This document shows, piece after piece, positions 9,975 through 17,959 of a stretch of 64,000 nucleotides of DNA. The translations under genes and the position numbers were made by a program. Numbering within the stretch: the stretch's first letter is position 1; every line of letters begins with the position of its first letter. Under the pieces are notes generated by a model. The model saw only the letters and a program-made list of their open reading frames with translations. It made no database searches and had not been told where the DNA came from. The DNA is from an uncultured virus (IMG/VR IMGVR_UViG_3300029705_000096) (Duplodnaviria; Heunggongvirae; Uroviricota; Caudoviricetes): the IMG/VR virus record IMGVR_UViG_3300029705_000096; one strand, given 5' to 3'.

Positions 9975-10214
9975 ATGAGCAAACATCTAAATTTTGATGG
10001 CTACTGGGAAGGCGAAGCCGTGTACGAATGCGACCAATGCCAGACCGATCAGAAGTTCCGCTTTGATGACGAAGAAGAAGCGAAAGATTCGAAAACCCAC
10101 AGGAAAACGCTGCGTGAGAACCACGGGTGGGTGATGGCGAAAGTCAACGGTCAGTGGAAGGAGTTCTGCTGCGAAGACTGCAGAAACAAGTACATCAGAA
10201 GCAATACGCTTTGA
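9975..10214 (+). CDS. Small Zn-binding hypothetical protein
   Basis: CxxC…CxxC; RBS AGGAGG. Confidence 0.6.
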   Translation: MSKHLNFDGYWEGEAVYECDQCQTDQKFRFDDEEEAKDSKTHRKTLRENHGWVMAKVNGQWKEFCCEDCRNKYIRSNTL

Positions 10215-10231
10215 GTTTAGGAGGAGTTACA

Positions 10232-11131
10232 ATGAACAAAAACAAAGTCATGCCTGTCAGCTTGGATGGTGAGGCTTTTGCCTCGCTGAAGAGAGATTTC
10301 GACAAACTCGTAAACAGAACAATCGGAAACATGGAAATGAGACGGGCTGAAGAAGCGACCGTGACCGTCAAGCTTTCTATCAAGCTCGAAAAGACGAAGG
10401 TCGATACTCCTGATGGTCTCATTGATGTTACAAAGCCTACCTTCAAGCACGATATCAATTCCGTCATGCAGGTCAAGGACAAGATGACTGGTCAGCAGGT
10501 TGGCGAGTATGCCATTGTCTGGGACGAAGAAGAGGAACGCTACGTCATGAAGAAGATCGACAATGGGCAGATCGGTCTGTTTGACAAGGAAGAAGGATAT
10601 GTTGACGTTGAATTCGAAGATGTCACCGCGAACAATGCCAACGCCTTGCCTTCCGGCATTGCTGCACTCCCCGAAGCAGAACATCTTCCTGAAGAACCTG
10701 ACGTCATTCCCGCAGAAGACGGAACGCCTTTTCAATGGCTGAACCATTTTGTTGGTGAGCAGCTGCATGTCACCGAGGCGATGGGCAACTACACAGTAAG
10801 GACGAATGACAATAAGGTCGTCCTCTCTACTGCGACAACCCCTGCGTCTATTTTCTACTGCAAGAAGACGACGCTTGTTGGGCATGCGGGACACACGCTG
10901 TATATCTCCAGACAAGATGACGACTATGCGGCTTCTATCAAGGTTACGTGCTTGGATTGCGAAAAGGTTCTGTTCACCGTTAGTGTGGCATCTACTCTTA
11001 CAACAACCACGAACTACGAAAATGACGAGGATGATTGCGCCGGTGGCGAAGAGGATCTGGCAGAATGTCTCGAAGACGAAGACGATGACGAATTCGAAGA
11101 CGACTATGACTATGAAGATCCTGAGGACTGA
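10232..11131 (+). CDS. Hypothetical protein with acidic C-terminus
   Basis: Strong RBS; long ORF. Confidence 0.65.
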   Translation: MNKNKVMPVSLDGEAFASLKRDFDKLVNRTIGNMEMRRAEEATVTVKLSIKLEKTKVDTPDGLIDVTKPTFKHDINSVMQVKDKMTGQQVGEYAIVWDEEEERYVMKKIDNGQIGLFDKEEGYVDVEFEDVTANNANALPSGIAALPEAEHLPEEPDVIPAEDGTPFQWLNHFVGEQLHVTEAMGNYTVRTNDNKVVLSTATTPASIFYCKKTTLVGHAGHTLYISRQDDDYAASIKVTCLDCEKVLFTVSVASTLTTTTNYENDEDDCAGGEEDLAECLEDEDDDEFEDDYDYEDPED

Positions 11132-11155
11132 TCGTTAAGGCTGGAGGAGATTTGC

Positions 11156-11821
11156 ATGAAAACACCAGTGGATATCGTGCGAGGGCGCATCGTAGATATC
11201 GATGAACGAGGCGTTCTCACGATTAAAGCTGTGTATCCTGACTGGCCTATTTTGGTCAAAAGAGGGTATAGGGAATGCGACATCCAGCTCATAGACAGCC
11301 GGCCCCTATCAGACAAGCAGCGTAGAGCATGCTACGCTCTTATTCGAGAGATCTCCAGACACACGGGTCAGGGGCTGAATCCTACAAAGGAACGACTGAA
11401 AGAAATGTTTGTCCAGGAGGAGCTGGGGCTTCCTCCGGACAAAACATTTTCACTCAAGAACGCTCCAATGAGTCTTGTGTGTGCCTACCAACGATACTTG
11501 GTCAAATTTATTCTGGACTGGGACATACCGTGTGGTTTCTCCTTGATCGACTTTGTTGACGATGTTTCTGATTACATATACAACTGCTTAGTCAACAAGA
11601 AGTGCTGCATCTGTGGACTGCCAAGCGACCTTCATCATGTTGACCATGTGGGTGCAGGTCGGAACAGAGACGAGATCATCCACGAAGGGATGGAAGTCTT
11701 GCCACTATGCAGAAAACACCACACGGAAGTACACAATATGGGATGGATTACATTCCAAGAGAGATACCACATAACGGCTGGAATCATCCTTGATATGTTC
11801 TTGTGCCAGATATATCCTTAA
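11156..11821 (+). CDS. Putative HNH-type nuclease
   Basis: CCICG…DLHH…LPLCRKHHTEVH. Confidence 0.75.
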   Translation: MKTPVDIVRGRIVDIDERGVLTIKAVYPDWPILVKRGYRECDIQLIDSRPLSDKQRRACYALIREISRHTGQGLNPTKERLKEMFVQEELGLPPDKTFSLKNAPMSLVCAYQRYLVKFILDWDIPCGFSLIDFVDDVSDYIYNCLVNKKCCICGLPSDLHHVDHVGAGRNRDEIIHEGMEVLPLCRKHHTEVHNMGWITFQERYHITAGIILDMFLCQIYP

Positions 11822-11839
11822 ACATAAGGAGGAAGAAGA

Positions 11840-12277
11840 GTGCTCAACAGAATTGTACTCATGGGAAGACTTACCAGAGACCCCGAATTGAGACGCACTG
11901 GCAGTGGGGTAGCCGTTGTATCCTTTACCATTGCTGTTGATCGAGATTTTCAATCAGGAGACGGCAATAAAGAAACTGATTTTATCGATATTGTTGCTTG
12001 GAGAGGTACTGCTGAGTTCGTCAGCAAATACTTTGCAAAGGGGCAGATGGCTGTCGTTTCGGGCCGGCTCCAGATCCGCAACTGGAACGACAAGGACGGA
12101 AACAAGAGACGGAGTGCAGAAGTAGTTGCCGACAGCGTCTATTTTGGAGAACCCAAGAAGTCCTCAGGCGGCTTCCATGAGAACGATACTCCATCTTCGC
12201 ACTCCCCGTTGCCTGAAAATTATGGTCCGGAAGAGTACCCTGTTGTGGATGACGACGACGGTGAACTTCCGTTCTGA
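11840..12277 (+). CDS. ssb: Single-stranded DNA-binding protein
   Basis: MLNRIVLMGRLTRDPELR…C-terminal DGELPF. Confidence 0.97.
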   Translation: MLNRIVLMGRLTRDPELRRTGSGVAVVSFTIAVDRDFQSGDGNKETDFIDIVAWRGTAEFVSKYFAKGQMAVVSGRLQIRNWNDKDGNKRRSAEVVADSVYFGEPKKSSGGFHENDTPSSHSPLPENYGPEEYPVVDDDDGELPF

Positions 12278-12295
12278 TCGCTTATAGGAGGAAAC

Positions 12296-13199
12296 ATGGA
12301 ACGGACAAACATAGAATGGGCAGACAGCACATTCAACCCCGTAACCGGATGCTACAATACATGTGAATACTGTTATGCAAGAAGGATCGCAACTCGCTTC
12401 AAAGGGTACGATGCTTCTCCTGAAGGCAACACAGTTCAGAAAATCGTCGATCTAAATGAACCCCTCATCATTTCATCTAAAGATGGGAATAAGCCTAGAA
12501 ACGCGGCTTATCCATTTGGCTTCACGCCTACTTTCCATCGATATCGGTTAGATCAGTTCAACCGCCTGAAGTTCGGAGAGACGATTTTTATGCTCCATGG
12601 GAGATCTATTTGCTCCGTGGATTCCGGACGAATGGATCGAAGCTGTATTCCGGACTTGTCTGGATTATCCGAAGCACAGGTATCTGTTTCTCACCAAATT
12701 CCCAAAGCGGTACTTGGAGTTGGGCGAAGCCAGAAAGCTTCCCGAAGAAAAAAACTTCTGGTATGGATCTACTGTTACCCGCCCTGACGTCCCATATTTC
12801 TACAGCGAGGGACATAACACCTTCCTTTCTATAGAACCCATGCTTGAGCCTTTTATGGCTTCTGGCGAAGCCTGTAAGCCTCCCAAGACGGATTGGATCA
12901 TCATGGGAGCTATGACGGGACCCGGAAGTGCTGAACATCAGCCTTCTCGCAGTTGGATTGAAGATATGGTTTCTGGTGCGAAAGAATGGGGAACGCCAGT
13001 CTTTATGAAGAATAGCTTGAAACCTGTTTGGGGAGAAGAGCTTATCACAGAATTCCCTTGGGAAACAAATAGCGAGGTTCAATATGAGCAGAAACGGGTA
13101 CTTAGAAAGAAGAAAGAACCAGATATCCAGCTGGAGACGCGCCGAAAAAGAGACGTATATCCAGTTTATGACCGATACTCTAATAGATACGCTCAATGA
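12296..13199 (+). pseudogene. Gp37/Gp68 (DUF5131) family protein split by a frameshift near 12590
   Basis: N-part has IEWADSTFNPVTGC…CEYCYA and C-part has MGDLF…FLTK…FLSIEP…FMK. The junction ATT TTT A TGC TCC ATG breaks the usual IFVCSMGDLF motif. Confidence 0.75.
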
Positions 13200-13425
13200 C
13201 CCAGAGGTCATGGGCAAGGATGTATTCGGCCAAGAAAGAATCCTTGGTGTTATCCATGGATGGCAGAAAAAGTTCCGCTTCTGGCACCCAGCTTTAGAAA
13301 AACGAGATGACACCGATTGGTATCGAAAAAGATTCGACGATAAGATACGAGGGATTGTTGGCGATGAGAACTTCACCCCGTTCGAAGATCGTTATGAATG
13401 GGCAGGTCTCCTTGACGATTTATAA
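13084..13425 (+). CDS. Hypothetical protein
   Basis: 113 aa ORF with RBS. Confidence 0.6.
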   Translation: MSRNGYLERRKNQISSWRRAEKETYIQFMTDTLIDTLNDPEVMGKDVFGQERILGVIHGWQKKFRFWHPALEKRDDTDWYRKRFDDKIRGIVGDENFTPFEDRYEWAGLLDDL

Positions 13426-13472
13426 TGTCCGTTGAAAGAACTTAAAAGCGAGGTGAACGGGTCTGCCACAAT

Positions 13473-13955
13473 ATGGAGAATAAAAGATACGATGTTGCTT
13501 CTGTCAGAAGTAGGCTCGATGCTTATTTAGCCAAGGAGGCAGAGATCGACAATCAGATAGAGCGTCTGGAACGACTCGAAACAAAGATGGAAGGCGTAGG
13601 TGCTCAGGTCATATCTGACATGCCAAGATCCCACAATGCTTCGACAGACCGGTTTGCCGATATGCTTCACAGAAAGTCACTGCTCGATGAGGAAATCAGG
13701 ACAATGGTCAAGGACCAAAAAACCGAATGGGAAGCAATCGAGACCATATTGATGAACGTCGACAATCCTGACGAAAGAGCAGTGATTCGGATGAGGTATT
13801 TGGACAGATCGAGTTGGGATGATGTGAACGATATGATTTTTGGAGGGAAGAAAGATTTCCTTGATAAAGAAGAATCATATAAGCGGAGAGTATTTAGGCT
13901 CCACGGTGCAGCTCTCCTTGATATGGCCAGATACATAGACGCCACCAACAAATAG
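13473..13955 (+). CDS. ArpU/RinA-like late transcriptional activator
   Basis: ERAVIRMRYLD…W…VFRLHGAAL sigma4-like C-terminus; last gene of the early operon. Confidence 0.8.
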   Translation: MENKRYDVASVRSRLDAYLAKEAEIDNQIERLERLETKMEGVGAQVISDMPRSHNASTDRFADMLHRKSLLDEEIRTMVKDQKTEWEAIETILMNVDNPDERAVIRMRYLDRSSWDDVNDMIFGGKKDFLDKEESYKRRVFRLHGAALLDMARYIDATNK

Positions 13956-13982
13956 AATCGAAAACCGCACAGAAATAGATTT

Positions 13983-14008
13983 AGGCAGGCAGTTATGCCT
14001 GCCTTTTT
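13983..14008 (+). terminator. Rho-independent terminator
   Basis: AGGCAGGCA-gtta-TGCCTGCCT followed by a T-tract. Confidence 0.9.
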
Positions 14009-14060
14009 ATATCATAAACGAAAGCTCTAGAAAAAATTTTCAGGAACAGCCAAAAACATA

Positions 14061-14138
14061 TTGACTTTACTGATAGGTGTGCTACGATATAGTCACAAAA
14101 AGGATTACCGATCGGTAAGCGAAATTACCGAAAGGAAA
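14061..14138 (+). promoter_or_regulatory. Repressor-controlled promoter of the accessory operon
   Basis: TTGACT-N16-TACGAT (14061-14088); perfect operator at 14105-14118 and degenerate ones at 14067 and 14125. Confidence 0.8.
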
Positions 14139-14163
14139 GTTTTGAAAGGCTGGTTGATCTATA

Positions 14164-15474
14164 ATGACAAGAAAAAGATTTCAGAAGCTCTTCAGATCCG
14201 AGATGACCAAGCTTATGGCACATAAAGATGGTGCCGCTAAGTGCATCAAACACGCAGCAACAAACAGAGCAAGCGTTTGGGGCAAAGAATGGGCTGGGAA
14301 AAGCTACCTCGAAGCGTGGACCCTTCTTCGCTCTGCATTTACCTACCCCGGCAATGTGCCTCCGGTCAAGTAACCACAAGAAACTGCCGTGCGGTGCAAC
14401 CCGCCCACCTTATGACGGTTAAGGGGAGATGATATAAATGAGCAGAAACATCAGACGAGGAACTACACAGAACCGAATTCGATATATCTGGAAGACAATC
14501 AAGGAGATGTACAAGATCTGCGGAGATGACGAAGAGTTCCGGAATAATTGCGAGTGTTTTTTCTATTCCGAAGCAAGCAGCATCTTCGATCACACCATGT
14601 ACGAAAAGGTTGTAGATGCAGTAATTGCATGTAACCGGCACGATCAGGAAGAGGAAAGGCACGAGGCAAAGCTCGTCAAGACCTTTATCGACGATCAATG
14701 GGCAGGATATCAAACGATGAAAGAGGTTGTCCGTCTTCGAAATAAGTTCAATCGTCTTGCCATCGATCTCCAAAAATCGAACCCTGCTGAGCATCGGGTG
14801 TTCTGCCACTACGACATCGATTGTTATGGAGAAGTCGTCGCAGCATGGTTTTACTCCGACGAAACATACTCAGACGAGCGATTCGATCGACTCACCTTGC
14901 TGTCCGGTGTTCATATCTGGGCACTCCACGCAAGACACTAACAGATTTTGGAGGTTGTTATGAACGAGTATTACATCAGGATTTCCACTTATGGGACAAA
15001 CACCCCTCATATTGTTGATCTTGCTGCAATCGAAGGGATGAACTATTTGGATGCTGAGAATTTCATGTTTCACTGTGAGGCGAAGAACATGGAAGAAGCT
15101 GAGAAGATCTACTGGGAAGAATTTAGCCGGCTTGCCTTTGACATGCAGGCAGAGCGGATGCATCCCTGATATTACAGAACACCTCAGACAAGGAGGCATT
15201 TATGAAAGCAACTTATAGAGAAGGAGCTTGCATTGCACATGAACTAAAAGGAGATTGAAACATGAAAGAAACACCCAAGCTGACCGTTGATCTCACTGAC
15301 GTCAAAAAGGAACTCGCGAAGCTTGCTCGGCTCCATGCTGACAAAGTAACCGAAGCAAATCGGATGGCGCAAAGTGACGATACACCGTTTTCCGAGGTGA
15401 TTAAATATCAGTTTGACGAACTGTGCCATAGTGGTTTTGTACAAGGGATAATCGAAGCGATGAAATTGCTGTAA
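14164..15474 (+). other. Four small hypothetical genes (14164-14373, 14438-14941, 14960-15169, 15262-15474)
   Basis: Co-oriented short ORFs, most with an RBS. Confidence 0.6.
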
Positions 15475-15525
15475 TTAGACCGTAAATCAATACAAATATA
15501 CTTAGACAAGAAAGGATTTTGCAAA

Positions 15526-16179
15526 ATGGCTATCAAGAAGACTGAACTCGTTGAAATCACCCCCATCAAGGTCAAGAAGGTTGCGCTGAGAATTGTCGGC
15601 GACTCCCCGCTGCTGGTTCATGCGTGGAGTGAAAAGGACAAGAAAATGATGCTGGACGCACAGATGGGGAAGGCGAAGGGCAAGAAAAAGGACCCCAAGA
15701 ACCCTGTTGCAGACTTTATCAACTCCATGTACTGGCTCGACAACAAGCCCGAAGAGATGACGATGGAGGCTTTTGAAGAGTCCATCCAGAACGGTGCCCG
15801 CTTCGGCTTCCCTGTATCTGGTCTCAAGCAGGCTGCTATCAGCGCAGCTTACAGAATGGGCTGGGTCAAAGACAAGATGGGCCTGAGAGGCGCATTCTTC
15901 ATCGAAGCAGACAGGGACGGTATGATTGAGATCAAGGGCGATGCACCCGAAATGCGGGAAGACATGGTCAAGGTCGGCATGGGCACCGCCGATATTCGCT
16001 ACAGGGGCGAATTCCGTAATTGGTACGCAGATATTGTCTTGACCTACAATGAGGCTGGCCAGTACAGCCTGGAGAACATTGTCAATATCATCAACGCTGG
16101 CGGCTATGTGTGTGGCATCGGCGAGTGGCGTCCCGAGAGAGACGGCCAGTACGGCATGTTCCATGTAGATATTGCCTAA
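15526..16179 (+). CDS. Stand-alone Cas7/RAMP-like RNA-binding protein
   Basis: N-terminal strand LRIVGDSPLLVH, central FPVSGLKQA, and C-terminal Gly-rich loop GGYVCGIGEWRPERDGQYGMFHV give a RAMP-like layout; no other cas genes present. Confidence 0.75.
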   Translation: MAIKKTELVEITPIKVKKVALRIVGDSPLLVHAWSEKDKKMMLDAQMGKAKGKKKDPKNPVADFINSMYWLDNKPEEMTMEAFEESIQNGARFGFPVSGLKQAAISAAYRMGWVKDKMGLRGAFFIEADRDGMIEIKGDAPEMREDMVKVGMGTADIRYRGEFRNWYADIVLTYNEAGQYSLENIVNIINAGGYVCGIGEWRPERDGQYGMFHVDIA

Positions 16180-16202
16180 CAGCATAAGCAGCTTCCCTAC
16201 AT

Positions 16203-16413
16203 GGCTTAACAGGCTGGGCTAGGCAAGGTGACGTGAGTTATGTTGAGTCGAGGCTGGGTGCGGCGCGGTCTAACAGGCGGGGCTGGGTCAGGCGTTGCAA
16301 GGCGGGGCGCGATGGGGCAAGGCGAGGTTTAACAGGCGAGGTGAGGCGTGGCAAGGCGCGGTGAGGCTTGGCGAGGCGAGGCGGGGCAAGGCTAGGTGCC
16401 GCCCAACAGGCAA
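16203..16413 (+). ncRNA. Putative guide-RNA array: AACA-delimited units of (GGY-NN) pentamers
   Basis: AACA at 16208, 16272, 16331 and 16405 separates runs of 12, 11 and 14 pentamers in unbroken 5-nt register; non-coding and very G-rich. Confidence 0.85.
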
Positions 16414-16450
16414 GAAATTATAAACCAACAACGACAAGGAGAAATCAACT

Positions 16451-16906
16451 ATGGTTTATCAATACAAACCCAGATCGATGATTAAAGCACCTGCACAGGT
16501 AGCAGGAGAGATGTGCGAGAGGCTATCTCAGACCGGTGGCCTTACCCCCAAAAGGCTGGTAGATGCAAACCGTGATGTGAACGCACCTCTCCACAATGAG
16601 TTCGAGTGGAATGATGAGATCGCAGCCGAAGCGTACCGAGAATCGCAGGCGGCGCACATTATCCGGTGCATTGTAATTAAACCGGAAGTCAATGAAGAGA
16701 CGCCGATGAGAGCATTTGTAAGGGTTACGGAGGCAACAAGCGACTACACGCCCATGAAAGTCGTGATGAGCAGTGAGCAGATGATGGAGTCTTTGCTTGT
16801 ATCTGCGAGAAAGGAAATGGAGACATTCGTCAAAAAGTACACCGGCGTTCAGGAACTGAACAGAGTGATCGAGAGTATGAACGAAGCGCTCTACATCGCC
16901 GGATAA
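16451..16906 (+). CDS. Conserved phage protein; likely partner of the RAMP/array locus
   Basis: GGLTPKRLVD…PLHNEFEWNDEIAAEAYRESQA; directly follows the array, RBS AAGGAG. Confidence 0.7.
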   Translation: MVYQYKPRSMIKAPAQVAGEMCERLSQTGGLTPKRLVDANRDVNAPLHNEFEWNDEIAAEAYRESQAAHIIRCIVIKPEVNEETPMRAFVRVTEATSDYTPMKVVMSSEQMMESLLVSARKEMETFVKKYTGVQELNRVIESMNEALYIAG

Positions 16907-17020
16907 CTACAGCTTTAATTCTGCGGCTCGTTTCGGAATCACATGGGATAAAAGCTATACAAAACGAGCTGCAGTTTTCGCATCATATATGCTCAGCATC
17001 GAAAATAAGGAGAAAAACGA

Positions 17021-17353
17021 ATGCAAGCACAATATATTAAGGTGAACCTTCCGCTGACAGAAGAAGATTATCAATCCGGTAACGGAGAAGGCGTTTGGGT
17101 CATTGTAGATAACAAGACAAAGGCTGACTATTATCACGACGCTTATGGACCTGGATTTGTAGGAATGCTGGCCAACGACAGTTTTTACTATCCCGGACTG
17201 TGCTGTGGAGACTCTGTCGAGTTCGAAATGCGCGGTGACAAACGTCCTGTAGCAGATTATCACAATTTCCTTTGTGGTCGCACAAAACTTACGAAAGAGG
17301 GCAAAGCCATTCTCATTGCTGCAATTGCAAGTCAAGGAGGAAATCCGAAATGA
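17021..17353 (+). CDS. Hypothetical protein
   Basis: RBS AAGGAG; 110 aa. Confidence 0.6.
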   Translation: MQAQYIKVNLPLTEEDYQSGNGEGVWVIVDNKTKADYYHDAYGPGFVGMLANDSFYYPGLCCGDSVEFEMRGDKRPVADYHNFLCGRTKLTKEGKAILIAAIASQGGNPK

Positions 17354-17817
17354 ACGAAGATAATAAATTGACAAAGAAGCTTTCAGAGTTCATCTTTGCG
17401 TATGCCGAGATGAATATGAATGCAAGCAAGACTGCCATCAGTCTGCGTTGTAGTCCATCCACGGTTACACGGTATATCGAGCAGACTTTGGAGCTTACCG
17501 GTTTAGACGTCCGGTATGTATTCGATCTGGTTGAGCTGCTTGAAATGGCGAGAGATGTATTATATGGCAACGAGGAAACCGAGCAATTCTGTTCTGATTT
17601 TAAGAGGGGGACAAGAATGAAAGTAAGAGATTTACTGAAGAGATTCCGAATGAGCAGTGCTGTTGGCGTTGCAATTCAGGTAGTGCCAAATGGCGAGGAA
17701 ATTCACCTCACAGAAGCTCAGGTTCGAGACCTTAAACCTGCTGAGCTAATGGAAATGACGGTCCAGACTTTTTATGTGCGAGAAGATTTGATGACCGTGT
17801 ATGCCAAGGAGCGGTAA
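17350..17817 (+). CDS. PucR/LysR-like HTH-containing protein
   Basis: YAEMNMNASKTAISLRCSPSTVTRYIEQTLELTGLD resembles the PucR C-terminal HTH. Confidence 0.6.
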   Translation: MNEDNKLTKKLSEFIFAYAEMNMNASKTAISLRCSPSTVTRYIEQTLELTGLDVRYVFDLVELLEMARDVLYGNEETEQFCSDFKRGTRMKVRDLLKRFRMSSAVGVAIQVVPNGEEIHLTEAQVRDLKPAELMEMTVQTFYVREDLMTVYAKER

Positions 17818-17855
17818 GCCGAAGAAAACTTTTCTCTGTAATTTCGTATTTTCTA

Positions 17856-17883
17856 TTGACTAGGTTGGTAGGTATGCTACGAT
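17856..17883 (+). promoter_or_regulatory. TTGACT-N16-TACGAT promoter
   Basis: Exact motif in an intergenic gap. Confidence 0.75.
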
Positions 17884-17959
17884 AAGTTTGCAAATAAATA
17901 CAAAACTTTAATAAAACCATCGCTTTTTGATGCAAATAGTTTCGAACGGAGGATATGCT

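Noticed and set aside
16203..16413. Classical CRISPR array or simple microsatellite
   Set aside because: There are no 23-47 nt repeats with unique spacers. Variation is concentrated at two fixed positions per pentamer with regular AACA punctuation, unlike slippage-generated repeats.
16203..16413. Short protein-coding gene (Gly/Ala/Arg-rich)
   Set aside because: The period is 5, not a multiple of 3; there is no RBS-led ORF, and the ORF track shows none here.
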